In this document: piece by piece, positions 31,865-45,073 of the stretch
How the letters are laid out: every line of letters starts with the position of its first letter
Numbering within the stretch: the stretch's first letter is position 1
Assembly: GCA_965153355.1 (NCBI GenBank)
Contig: OZ231126.1
Coordinates: 13,454,001-13,518,000, forward strand
Reading direction: 5' to 3'
DNA from: Flaccisagitta enflata
Taxonomy: Eukaryota
DNA: 64,000 bases
Notes under the pieces: model-generated
Seen by the model: only the letters and a program-made list of their open reading frames with translations
Databases searched by the model: none
What the model was told of the DNA's origin: nothing
Program-made: the position numbers and the translations under genes

Positions 31865-32774
31865 TGTTAGAAATGTATGTCCGTCCGTTTCTTAAGTATG
31901 TGTGCTTTTGTTTCTTTTGCGTGCTTTTTGGCTTTTCTTTCTTTCTCTATTATTCAATGCCGTCTTTTGTTTCTCGCCATTTTTTATATTGAACGCTAGA
32001 TGGGTAAACATATGGTTGCGCCTTGTATTTTGTGCCATTTGTTTTTATTACGTAGGCAAACGTACGTAACTCGTCTTTCTCAGATTATCCAATTTTGATT
32101 GATTGATTTTATTTATTTGCGGCATTGCTTCTGAATGTATGATTGATTTTTGTGATTGATTGAATGTGCCCTTGGAATTTACTAATTTCAATAATCTCTC
32201 ATCTTTTTAGTGCAGATAAACTTATGAACGGACAATTAACGTTAGTTTGACTTTGACAGACTGTGGGTTGAAACCAACGGCGGGCCTAAAAGTGTTTTAT
32301 AGACGTTAGTCTTTGCTTTTATTAACGTTGTTTTTATCTTGTCTTCCGGTCTGTTATTTTTGTCTTTTGCCCTTTGGCATTTTTATCGCCGGGTTTTAGT
32401 ATGGTTTTTATCGCCGCCCATCAGCTGCTAGGGATGATATGGATGAATTTAATGGGATGGGCCGGGCAGGGGCAGGGCATTATCAGGTGGCATGGGCTCT
32501 GAAGAAGATGAACATGTTGTCATGTGCTGTTTCTGTCCTTTATTGTGTCCTGTCTCGATTTCATGTTATCTTTTGCGTTTGCTGATCATTAATGCCCACT
32601 TTCCTTTCTATTTCCCCCCCTCTTCAGTTGTTGAAATTTTTTATGGAATAAACGAGACGATCGCCTCTCTACCCTATTTTCCAATCGCCGTCCTTTCTTC
32701 ACCACAAGTCGTCAGTCAGATAGATGCCCATAGACAGTGCCAGCTGAAACTCGTGGGCGTAATTTATATTTTCA
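31865..32774 (+). repeat. 5' LTR (end at CA 32774, or alternatively 32779)
   Basis: TG start, colinear with 44158-45073, AATAAA at ~32646. Confidence 0.88.
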
Positions 32775-32899
32775 GGCCAGAATTTGGTGTCCATCGATTC
32801 TTTCCATCTCGACCTCCGAAAGCCGCCTGACAATGGCAGCCGCCACGTAACGACGACACTGTCTCGACCGCTTCAACGTCCTCTCCTGCATCTCACTAC

Positions 32900-35800
32900 T
32901 GTTTGAATCAGTATCCGAGGTCGGATCGCTTGCGCGCGATGAGAAACGACATCACGGCAGAGATGGAAGGATGTCAGCGCCTTTTCGACGCCGTTGCTAC
33001 TTGTACCGAAGGGACGAATGATTTCGACGACGCCGCCTGCGAATCAGATGGCGCTCGACACGGCCTTCGGGACATGGTCTACGACTTCATCTCGTACGCA
33101 AGGCAAATGGCGCCACCCGATGCCCGGCCACCCTCTTCGATTCGCGGCGTCCACCCTGCGTCGAATCCGGCGCGAATGGAACTCCATGTGCTTCTTCGGC
33201 CGTGAAAACTATCCAGAGGGTTTCCTTTCCAACGCCGACATCGTTAACGCAATGCACAATGACATTGGGAATCGTAAAAGACCCGTCAACGAATTCTCAT
33301 GGAATAGTCTCCCAACTGACACTCATGCTGCCCGCGACAATGTGACTGGCGCTCCAACACCAAGGATGCGAACGTCTTCGCCAAACCCCGACGGATCCGA
33401 GTATTCACTACTCCGGCCCGCGACATGCGCGCACCTCAACTGGCGTCAATTTTTAATGCTGCCGATCCAAAGAGGAGATGCCGTCAATCAATGGGTATCG
33501 GATTTGGTCTCGGAGATTGAACCTGCGCGTGCGTCTCCGATGGAGCAAGCTGACGATATGCTTGCGGATCTCGACGACGCCGATGCTCCTCGCAAGAGGT
33601 CGTGGATCATCAACGGACTGACGCCGCAGGAGAGGGCAAGGCGGTTTCGCCAACAGGTAAAGTGCTGAGAGAGACAGATGGGTAGGCAGTTGGAGGAGGA
33701 AATGCGACAAGGCCGGCGGCTGATAGATGATATGCAGCAGCAACAACGGGAGGAGGAGCAGCTACAGCAGCAGGAGCAACAGCAGCAGCATCAATTGCAG
33801 ATGCAGCAGCAGCAACTCCAACAGCAATGTCAACTCCACCGACCACAGGAGCAGCAGCAACGGACAGCTCAACGGCAGCAGCAAGAGCTGCTGCAGCAGC
33901 AGCAGTTGCAGCAACTTCAACAATTTCGTCAACAAGACCAACAACAACGTCAAAATTTGCAGCCGGCGCCACAACATGTGGTTCAACAACAGCAACAACA
34001 CGAGCAGCAGCAGCAGCAATAACAGCAACAACAACAAGGGCTGCAACAACATCAACCGCTCATGCAGCCGCATGAACAACAACAACAGCGGCAAAATAAC
34101 GACGAACGTATGCAACACAGCAAATCTGCAGCAGCAACAGCAACCTTTCGCCGCGATCCCAGCGGTGGTAGTGGATCCTCCTCCAGCTTCAAATGACCAT
34201 CTTGTCGAGAGCATGAACGTCAGTGAGGAGACGGAAGAAGAGAGACAACAGCGCCTTGCAGATCAACGGCTGCGCATGATGGCTGAAGGTGAAGGTGGTG
34301 GTGCAGCAACAGCCCCAAAGGCGCCGATCGCGGTGCCATTGGGATTCCAACAGCCAAGCTCATCACAAGAAGACAAAGAGTTATACGACAGAATGTGTAA
34401 CTTTCGCCAGCAGCAACGAGATGAAGATAGAAGAGCGGGAATATTCAACAATGCGGCAGAAATGCAACGAAAGCACTGGAATAGCCTGAGCGACGGCGGC
34501 ATTGGTGGGGCTTTAGAGCCTTGGATGTGAAGCTTAGGCAACTGTCTGAGCTGGAACAGCAGCAACCGCAGCATCCGCCAAAAAAGACCGTCGATCTATC
34601 TTCAGAAACTTTAATCCGGGATTGTTCAATTCGAACATACAGCAACGTCATGTGCAGTCAGTGGAAACGTCCGTCAAGCAGCCGATGCAGCAGCAACAGT
34701 CGGGCAGCGGCGGCAAGGACAACGTCAGCGTCAACTGCAGCAGCAGAATGAACAACAACAGCGTCCTGACCAGCAACAGCAGCTTCAACATCAACAGTGG
34801 CAGCAGCAAGCAGCTTCAACAACAGCAACATCAAGATCAGCATCATCAAGCCCCAGCAGCAACGATTCTTCCTACCGCACCGGAAGTGATCTTCGAGAGG
34901 CAGATTGGCTCTGCTAGAAGAGAGACTAGTTTTCCCCATCAAGAGGAAAAGGTCTTCCTTACAGCCGGAAGCGGAGGTGATACAACGGAGGCGATGCGCA
35001 GGAGGCAAAAGCAGGAGGCTGCTGACGCGAAGTTGGCACTGTAGCTGCAAGATAAAGAGAGAAGAAAAGTCGCTCCAAAGACCAACGAATAGTTACCTTG
35101 AAAGGCGCGAAAGTGGCGCCAAGCGCCTCTGTGCGCCTCAAGCGGAAGTCATTCAGCAGAATCAACGTTTGCAGCAGGAAGTGGATAGTTTGAAGATGCA
35201 GATTCAGCAGAGAGACTTTGACCTTTCACAGCGAGAGCAGAAGAAAAACAACGAAAAGAAGAGACATCTAACTTGGCGACAATGCGTCCGCCAAGGCTTT
35301 GATGCTCCCGATTCCATCAAGATGATCGTCAACAACAAGTGAATCAGCAAGAGGAGTGGGGTGGGCGATTAAAACCACCAAAAAGAGATCTCCGGTGAAA
35401 GTCGGGGGTCAATACGCTTTTGTCCAACAACGAGCGTATCATCGTGGAGCATCATCCATTAGCCGTCAACGAAGTCACGTTCAGATGCCCAACAATCGGC
35501 TGGACAGGTTTTGGAAAAACGACGTACAATGATCTCATGCGAGCAAGGAATGGAAAGCGGACTCAAAGCGTTGGAGAGAGCAAGACCTGAGAGAAAGCCT
35601 CTGCAGAGAGCTTTCATCCACTGACTTTATGATGTGGAAGAGGAAGTTTAAAGATGCTGAGAAGCATGAAAGCTTGACGCAAATGGACATCTTATTGGAA
35701 TTGCCTAAGTGGTTTGCTGGTCCGGCAAAGAGATCATTGAAACTGCGACGATTGATGCAACTGAGGCGACAGCAAGAGGAGAGATTGACGACATATACGC

Positions 35801-36600
35801 AAAAATGGACGTCGTCTTTATGGCAAGCCGCTGCAACATTGCGGCGCTGTTCCTTGAAATAATCGCGGAGGCGAAGATCCAATCGGCAGACCATGCAAGG
35901 CATTTCAATTTGTCACCAAGGTTGCAAAGGCAAAAGAAAGGTGCGAGGACCTGTGGAGAAGTGCAACAATGCTATCGTGACGAGCTGCTGCAGGAGATCC
36001 TCAACAAGAGGGTCCCTCATCTTGCAGATAAATTCTGGGAAAAGCAACATGAAGCAGCCCTAAATGGACAATTGTTTTCATTCGACAACTTGGTCAATAT
36101 GATCGAGACATGGGCGGTGATCCAGCGCAAAGGCGCAAGCTGCAAAACAGCATCAGTGGCAGTCGCAACTACAGAGAAAGAAGCGCCATCATCATATGAA
36201 GATGCTTTGACCAATGGCAAACAAAAGACGCAGTCGACGGACCGCTGCAACGTCTGCAGTGGAATGCATCAAACGGAAAACTGTCATCAACTATTAGAGT
36301 TGGAAGTGGACGAGAGTTCAAAAGATCATGTCTCGTCGTCTTTGCTTCCACTGTCTCGCGCCAGGACACAACGCCAAAGGATGCGTGAACAGACCGACTT
36401 GCCAAACCTGCAAGAAGCGGCACGCGACGATTCTCCACGGGCGCACCTACAAGAAAGAAGAAAGGAAGAGAAGAAAGGAAAACAAGCAGGGAAATAAAAC
36501 CGCTGGCTCCCTTCAAAAAGTCAGAGGATGCGGCTGCAGCAGCACCAGCAGCTCCGTCGACGGCGGAGGCAGCCAATCCAACGGAAATCATCTCTCCTAA
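32900..36600 (+). pseudogene. gag: gag region, multiply frameshifted, with a long Gln-rich N-terminal part
   Basis: Pao capsid-like segment FMMWKRKF...LLELPKWFAGPAK (~35627-35730). Triple Zn knuckles CNVCSGMHQTENC, CFHCLAPGHNAKGC and CQTCKKRHATILH. CAG/CAA tracts at ~33730-34145 and ~34680-34860. Confidence 0.8.
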
Positions 36601-36609
36601 CGCCACGGC

Positions 36610-39600
36610 ATGACTGGCGGCAGCAGCATCGCCCGGTCCGTCTCTTCATTAAACGACGTTGTCCCGTCCGATCGTTCAGTGACTATCTTAAACAATTCTT
36701 CGGGTAGCAGGACGATATATGCTATGATCGACTCAGGCGCTGATCGCGACGTGATCAGTACCAGCGTCATTCGCAGTCTTCTGATTCCAACAAAAACAGT
36801 GCAAATGACGGTGATTACTGTGGGAAGTCATGTTGTTGAGGATCGTTTCATCGCATCATTCACCATGCAATCGGTCGACGAGGAATACGTCGTCGACATC
36901 AGCGACGCATTGGTGGGTGATTTGTTAACGAGTGAACGCGATATTCCTCCTTTTCTCCGCGACCTATCTGACCAACCTCACATCGAAGGCGTAAAATTTC
37001 CAGAAGCTGAAGGCGGTGTGATGATGATCATCGGAGCGGCGCATGCGGATGCCGCCGTCGCTCAAGAAATCCGTCGAGGGCCTTCAGGATCTTTGACTTG
37101 CTTCAGATGTCTATTCGGTTGGACTGTATGTGGAAAAACGGGCAAAAGAGGACGAGATATTGCGTCGATCAACGCTATCGCGACGGATGACCGCGTCCTC
37201 AACGATAACATCGATCGCATCCTCGACAATCGCGTCCTCAACAGCAACATCGACCGCATCTTCTACCATGACTTTGCATCATCAATCGTCTCGCAAGAGG
37301 AGATGGGTGATTCCTTGAAAATGTCAGAGCGTGCAAAACGTTAGAGGAAAAGACATATTTTTGCCCAATTGTGAAAAAGTACTTTGCTCCCGTCACATGG
37401 AAATTTCATCATGAAAAAATCATGGAGATTCTGAGAAGAGTGAAATCACGACCGACTGCGATAGGCGACTCGGTAACCAGCGTTTTCGCTTCAAGCGTGA
37501 TCCAGCCTTCAAAGAAAGAGTCTTCCGTGAAATCGAAGTTTTGCGGACGGGAGTGGCGATTGAGATTGACAACGTCCAGCGGCGGCGGCATTGAGAAGCC
37601 CGCGCTGGTACTTGCCGCTTCATATTGTCATTAAAAACCTTGCGTATGTCACGATGCGCGTGCGGCGACCGGCGGGATCTCACTCAATGATTTGCTCGTC
37701 GGAGGCCCAAATTTGATGAATAGCCTGATGGACATCCTCATGCGTTTTCGTCAGTGGAAAATCGCCTTTATGTGTGATATAAAGGCGTTTTTCCACCAAA
37801 TCCGCGTCCATCCTGTGGCCTCTGATTTATTCAGATTCTTTTGGTTCAAGGACCGCACTCTTCGAGAGCAATTTTGAATCTGTTTTTATCTCATACTACG
37901 ACAGCCAATCCAGCTCATTAGTCACATCTTTCACCGTCAGGAAGCGCATGCTGAAGTAATCCGGCCCAAATACCCCTACAACGTCTACGATCTTAATGCT
38001 ATGGTTTTACGTCGAGCGACGGGAGTAGAGTGGGGATTCGGTCGACGAAGCACTGCAACTAAAGTGGATTCAGTGGCGCGATGGCGGAAGGCGGGATGGA
38101 TCTTGTGAAGTGGAAGAGCAATGCGCGGCAATTGATGGATGGAGATCCAAATGTGCCAATCCCCATTTCAGATAAGCAAGATGATGCGCCGACGAAGGTG
38201 TTGGGCGTCTCATGGCTTCCGGCGGAAGACGTCTTTATTTTCATCTGCGACGACGAGGAATTCAAAACTCTTAGAGCAAAAACACCTCGTCAATTGGTCT
38301 CTATGCAAGCGAAACTTTACGATCCATTGGGTTTTTGGAGTCCAAGCGCATACATCGGCAGACGTCATCTTCAACTCTGTCGTCCACAGGAAGTGGGATG
38401 GGATTCGCCCTTGGAAGAGAGCGTCGAGGAATCTTTCTTCCGCTATACTTCATCTTGGCCTCTTCTACAACAATATCGAATTGAGCGCTGGTGGAATGGC
38501 GGCGTCGACAATAGCGACATTGCGGAAGTAACAATCGAGTTATTTTGCGATGCAGCTCCAAAAGGCGGATATGGAGCAGTTGCATATCGACGTCAAGTCA
38601 ACCGAGATGGAGATGTTCACATTTCATTCATCGCCTCCAAATCTCACGTCATTCCTCTCAATCCAAAACGTGCCTCTCATCATAACAGCGTTCCGCGCGT
38701 CGAGATTGTATCCGCAGAAAAAGCAGTGCAGCTCAAACGCTTCGTCGGAAGGACCATCAACTTGGACAATCTCGTCGTCAGATTTTGGTCCGACTCTGAA
38801 TCTGCACTGAAGATGATTTACAATCCGGCAAAACCGAGGCCTGTATTCTTCGCCAATCGTCTCTCCAAGATCCATAGTGGGTCTGATCCTCAACAGTGGC
38901 GCTGGGTTGACTCGTCAAACAACCCGGCGGACCACTGTAGCAGAGGCATCCAGGCCCATGAAGCCGAAAAATGGCGTCAATTCCATCAAGGCCCTGCATT
39001 TTTGCGTCTTCCCGAAGATCAATGGCCAAAGACGAACATCGCGACGTGCCCTATTTCTGCACAGGTCGCCGCTCTGTATGCGGCTGAGAGTGAAAAGAAA
39101 CAAGTGGCTGACATGATACTTCTTGCAGCCCTTCTCGGGGAAAATGGATGCAGAAATTGCGGATTATCGGCATGGTTCTCATCGCAGTCAAAAGGTGGAG
39201 AGCCTATCCAAGGGCGAAGACACGAGCAACAAAAGATCTCCTTCCAAAACCGGAAGTGACGCAAGACGTCGTGGAGGAGGCGCGCAAACGGCTCGTCAAG
39301 TCAATGCAGCGGCAGCATTATTCTGACGTCTTCGAACAATTGGAATTGGGAAAAGTCTTCAAGCCAGAGAGCCGTCGTGACTTTATCATAAAGAACAAGG
39401 AGATGCGGAAGTTGAACCCTTTCGTCGACGACGACGGCATCCTTCGCGTCGGCAGTCGATTGGAGAATGCCGACATCTCTCACGACGCTAAATTTCCCTT
39501 TATCCTGCCGCCAAAAGACGAGAATGTGAAATCATTAATTCGCCATTATCATCATAATGATTTTCACGCGGGTGCAAAGCATACATTGTGCCAATTACGC

Positions 39601-40647
39601 CAATTTGTGTGGATTACAAAAGGTCTTCAGGCCGTCAAGAGCGTCGTCAACACGTGCTTTAGATGCCAGAAGAACTTTAAAAAGAACGCAAATCAGCAAA
39701 TGGCCAATCTTCCATCAAATCGCGTCAATCCGGCGCCTGTCTTTGCAGAGACTGGATTGGACGTCATGGGGCATTTCATGGTAAAAATGAACGGGCGTGC
39801 TGATCACAAGGTGTGGATCGCAGTGTTCACCTGTTTCGTGTCACGCGCCGTCCATGTGGAATTGCTCTTCAACATGTCAGCCGATGCGATGGTAAATGCA
39901 ATCATCCGCTTTGCAGCAAGGCGCCCAGGAATCCGCCGTTTCACATCAGATTGTGGAACGAATCTAGTCGGCGCCAACAACATCCTCAAGAAGGAAATGG
40001 AAGCTTGGAACCGCTCGTCAACTCCCGAATTGCAGCGGCGCGGCCTTCGGTGGGATTTTATCACGCCGAGAACACCCCACTATGGAGGGGTGTGGGAGAG
40101 AATCGTCGCTCTCTTTAAGCGCCATCTTGCTTCCATCTCAACTGGCGCCATCCTCCACGTCGACGCCTTCAACACTGCCGTCGTCGAAGTTGAAGGAATT
40201 CTCAATCGCCGTCCTCTAACAGCGCTCAGCGATGATCCAAATGACTCTGAGGCCCTTACACCGAATCATATCCTCAATCCATCAACATCCGGCCATGCCC
40301 CTCTGGATCTGGTGCAACAAGGCGTCAATTCTGACGCCGACTCCGCGAAGATTCAATGGAGGCGTGCGCAATCGCGTGTGGATGCATTTTGGAAATCGTG
40401 GAGGGTCGAATATTTGTCGCTTCTTCATGCGCGAAGCAAATGGTCGAGATCCGAGAGAGACTTTGCGGTTGATGACATGGTCATCGTCATGGACGAAACG
40501 CTACCTCGTCACAATTGGAGCTTAGGACGTGTCATGGGCGTCGAGGGTTCGTCAGCCCATGTCCGGAGGGCTCACATCCGGCGCCAAGATGGAAAGATCG
40601 TGACGAAAGACCGCACGAAGCTTGTGCGGCTGGAATTGGACTCATAA
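36610..40647 (+). pseudogene. pol: pol (protease, RT, RNase H, integrase), broken by frameshifts and stops
   Basis: PR AMIDSGAD. RT GPNLMNSLMDILMRFR...DIKAFFHQIRV, with the YVDD region disrupted near 38005-38020. RNase H FCDA...YGAVAY. IN HHCC, LDVMG, TSDCGTN, PHYGGVWER, and a C-terminal FWKSWRVEYL (DUF5641-like). Confidence 0.93.
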
Positions 40648-40998
40648 AAAACGCTAAGTTTTGAGAGAGAGAGAAAAAGGCGCATGGGCCTGTCCATTAG
40701 TAACTATAGATATGAGTGATTGATACTCTGACTTGTTATATTTACAAAGAGTTGTTATTATTCATATTTGGTTCTGATTATCCATGCTTTCATCTTTCCT
40801 CTTGTCAATTATGTTGTCCATTTCCACTTACACATCAAAACACTGATTCATTCGCTCTGTCTATATGTACATATTATTGTGCCAAATCCGTTCTTACCTT
40901 TATCAGTTCTTCAACACGAACATTTCAAAGCTTCCGCTGACGACGTCATTCCATCTACGAAGTCAGTTCGCATCTTGAAGTCGCTCGTCGAAGTCAAG

Positions 40999-43113
40999 AT
41001 GTCCCGTCAGCAGCGTCTCGAGGCAGAAGCCGACGTGTCGACGTCGTACGGATCCTTGGATCTTCATCGGCTCTTCAACGACGGCTCGACTCGAGAGGGA
41101 TCTGCATCCACGACGTCGTTCGGGGCGGAGGAGGAGGCTGTCGCGCTGGCAGCCTTCAATGGCGACCTTCGTTCCGTCGTCGACGCAAAAATGGCGAATA
41201 AAAAGCGTCAACAAGATGATGCGTTGGTAAATCGTCAACAGCCATCCAACGCCGTTGATCCCGCGTCGCTTCCTCCATTGGTGGTCATCAGAGATGGAGG
41301 TTCGAGGCGGATTTCGATCAATCGGCCGCCGACGGACTTATCCACCACTTCCGCGGCGGCGTCATCATCATCGGATTTGCCCCCATCGCCTCGCCAATTT
41401 TGCCTTGATTTCGGGCGCCCAGCGTCTCGTGATCAAGCGTCTGCAGCTGCACATCAACGCAGCGGGGGCGAAGAGAGAGAGAGATCGGTCAATGATGGAG
41501 CAAGAGTGGAGGAGGAGGGGATGGAAATAGAGGAGGAGGTGTTGGTGAATGGGGAGGTGGTGGAGAAAGACATTGACCCGGAAGTGGACACTGCGACGCC
41601 GGAAGAGAAACACCAATGGATGCAGGCGCGTTGGTGGTATCGTATCATCAGCCCGGACGTCGAAGTATCTCTCCTCTTCAAAGAGTTTGAAAAACTTTCG
41701 GTGTGCTGCAACAAACAAACTCTCATGCGCTCATCGGCTAATCAAACAGAGCTTGGCTCGGAGACTCTGGAGCGCAAAATCCAAAGCAATAAGAGAAGGA
41801 GGGAGCATGATAAGGAGGTTCGTCGCATGGTCCAGGCGACGAAGAGGAAGAATGCGGCTCCGAAGCCTCCTGGTGCAACTTCCGTCGACGCTTCCGCAAC
41901 TCCACCAGCGTACCGTGCTCGAGCGCAGCCGCAGCGACATCAGCGGCAATTCACTCTACAGCATCAGGAAGTCGTCAATCGCGCCCTGGATTGGTTCATC
42001 CCCCAAATCAGCAGCAACAGGGTCCTCGTGACGTCACTCCCTCACAACAGTCGAAGAGATCACGTCGGGGAAAGACTCCTCAAACGCGCAATGTGCCGAG
42101 TCAACAAAAAGGGCCAAATTCCAAAAGCAAAGGCCCCCTTCAAGCGCCTCCAGGCGCGCCCCCTGCAGCAGTAACGCCCAAAGGCCAAGGAGAAGCTTCA
42201 AGCGGTTCGTCGACGGCAACGTTAGCAGCAACCCAGAAGCTGGATCAGGCGCCTGGGGCAGCCGCAGCAAAGGGGAAGAAGACCAAGAGAGCTGGGAAGA
42301 AGCACAAAGCAGCAACCAAGGGAGGTTCTACTTGCGGTGCTTCGGCGTCCGCTGTTAAACCTCAAGTCTCTGGTCAGCAGACGGGAGCGTCTTCCTTTCA
42401 CTCGCAGCCATCAAAAGCCGCGGTAGGAAGCGAACTAGTTGGCGGTGCTTCAGCATCTGTTAAAGCTGGTGTAGCGCCTCGTCAGCAAACCGAGTCTGCC
42501 CAAGGTCTGCAGCAAGTGCAGAACCCGCCTCCCCGTCGGATCCAGCCTTTGATCCTGCGCATGGACACCACATCGCCGAGTCATTGCTACGAGAAGCCTC
42601 TTCACTGACCTCAAATGCTCCATTGGGTGTGGTGAAGAATTTAGCATCAGGCTTCCAAAAGACTTCTTAGCGTCGCTTCCGCCGCGTCAGCGAGTTGAAG
42701 CGGCTCGTCAAGTCTTGGACGAGAGGATTCGTCGTAACATCCAAAAGGAGAAAGACGATGCTCGTCGAGCAGCAATGGCTGCGGACAATGAGGTGGTCAA
42801 AGGCAATAAGCGAGTCGTGGAACTGGAGAAGCAGCTTGAAAAGGAGAAGCAGGCCTGTGCGATGAAGGCTAAGAAGAAAGAGGAAGCGGTGGAACGCGCA
42901 AAGGCGGCTATGGCCGTCGACTTTAAAACTGCGTCCGCTGTCGTCGAAATTTCGACTGGCGCCGAGTGCGATGCAGCATCATCTCCACCTCCTGCGTCTT
43001 CTCCAGCAGAAAAAGTCGGTCAGCAGATCCCGTCGCAAAAGACGCTCCCAAGCCTGGGAATAAGAAAAATCGAACCAGGCCTTGGAAAAATCAGACCGCC
43101 AGCTAAACGCTGA
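40999..43113 (+). CDS. Extra ORF region between pol and the 3' LTR, in three frame segments; unknown function, not env-like
   Basis: Open frames 40768-42174 (first ATG 40999, MSRQQRLEAE...), 41991-42608 and 42715-43113. GC-rich, coding-like composition, bounded by AT-rich spacers. Confidence 0.6.
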
Positions 43114-44157
43114 TTGGTGCCACGCCCAGTTGCTGTTCAATTTAACTACCAATTTGCAACATGGCGTGGAGAGCGCCGCCATTCGCTGAGGATCGTATTC
43201 CACCATCACATCCTCATCCCATCGATGGACAGGCCGGCCAAGTCGGGGGCGCTACCCGGGGCGTGGGAATGACGTCCGCCCCGGGGCCTGGCAAAAAACG
43301 CCCGCGTAAGTATCATGGTTTGGGAAGGGTTGAGGTTGAGTTTTTGTTGTAAATTTGAATCTGTGTACGATAAGAACTTTACTAATCAATCTGCCCCTGC
43401 TCTTTCTCTTTCTTTTTCTTCCCTTCGGGGAGGATTCACTCTCAGACGGCTGCACCACCTGCGCCTTTCGATGCGGTCGCCGTCGACGACATCACTCATC
43501 GCCTTTCGCCCACGAGTTGACGAGATGTTGGAGCCGGAATGACCCGCTCGTCTCTGTAATGGAGAAGGCGCAGGTGATGTGGTCGTTCCATGATGCTTAC
43601 TAATTTTTCTTTCATTTAACAGATTCGTTTTTATTATATAGTTAGTAATTTATTTAATTTTGTCTTGTTTTGTTTGGTTCTTTGGAACATGTACATTTTT
43701 GTTGTGTTTGTTTTAGACATGGTCTTTTTAGTCACTATTACGAATACTTTCGTATGACATGTTTTAGTAGTATGCCCCCACTTATCTTTCCACTCTCAAG
43801 TCAAATCCCAGGCTTGGGTGCTCCTAGGCCCGTTTTCCCTTTCCCCCCCTTTAACTTTTTTTCAGAACGGCGCCTCAACCTCGTCGCCGCCTCGTCTCCA
43901 TCCGCGTCGTCATTGATCGTTGCAAATTTGCTGGTGGTGGATCCTTTCCGGACGGGAATCATCATTCGTGCAGTCGTCGATCTGTTGATAGTTAGGGTGG
44001 GGATGTAAGAGGCGGTGGACGGGGGGGGAGGGGCGGGGGTTGTGTCTATGTAAATTTTTTTTAAGGAAGGTAGTATCGGTTTTTTAGTAGGGTTTCCCCG
44101 ACTGGAAACTAGGTGTCGGATTTTTGAAATTCGTGAAATTCCAAAAATGGGGCAGAA

Positions 44158-45073
44158 TGTTAGAAATGTATGTCTGTCCGTCTCTTAGGTGTGTGTGCCT
44201 TCTGTCTCTTTTGCGTGCTTTTGGCTTTTTTCTCTTTCTCTACTATTCGATGCCCGTGTCTTTTGTTTCTTGCCATTTTTTATATTGAACGCTAGATGGG
44301 TAACCATATGGTTGCGCCTTGATTTTGTGCCATTTGTTTTTACTACGTAGGCAAATATACGTAACTCGTCTTTCGTATCATCCAATTTTTGGATTGATTG
44401 ATTTTATTTATTTACGGCATCGCTTCTTAAAGTGATTGATTGATTTTTATGATCGTTTGAATGCGCCCTTGGAATTCACTAATTTCAATAATCTCTCATC
44501 TTTTTATTGCAGATAAACTAATGAACGGACAATTAACGTTAATTTGACATCGACAGACTGTGGGTTGAAACCAACGAAAGTGGGCCTAAAAGTAAGTTTT
44601 ATAGACGCGTTTCTGCTTTTATTAACGTTGTTTTTATCTTGTCTTCCGGTCTGTTATTTTTGTCTTTTGCCCTTTTGCATTTTTATCGCCGGATTTTAGT
44701 ATGGTTTTTATCGCTTGTCCGATCAGCTTGCTATAGGGATGATATGGATGAATTTAATGGGATGGGCCGGGGCAGGGGCAGGTATTATCAGGTGGCATGG
44801 GCTCTGAAGAAGATGAACATGTTGTCATGTGCTGTTTCTGTCCTTTATTGTGTCCTATCTCGATTTCATGTTATCTTTTGCGTTTGCTGATCACAATTAA
44901 CGCCCACTTTCCCTTTCATTTTTCCCCCTCTCTTCAGTTGTTGAAATTTTTATGGAATAAACGAGACGATCGCCTTCCTATTTTCCAATCGGCCAACTTT
45001 CTTTCACCACAAGTCGTCAGTCAGATAGACGCTCATAGACAGTGCCAGTTGAAACTCGTGGGCGTAATTTATA
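44158..45073 (+). repeat. 3' LTR, lacking its terminal bases
   Basis: Homology to the 5' LTR stops at GGCGTAATTTATA. No terminal CA and no TSD. Confidence 0.88.

Larger units (their letters stand above)
31865..45073 (+). mobile_element. BEL/Pao LTR retrotransposon, ~13.2 kb, decayed
   Basis: Two ~0.9-kb LTRs starting TGTTAGAAATG. TGGTGTC PBS-like site at 32785. Purine-rich tract before 44158. Domain order Gag-PR-RT-RNaseH-IN with Pao-type motifs. Confidence 0.95.

Noticed and set aside
32492-32830. 112-aa ORF, with a 116-aa twin at 44797-45147
   Set aside because: They lie within the LTRs, their similarity reflects the LTR duplication, and they have no protein features.
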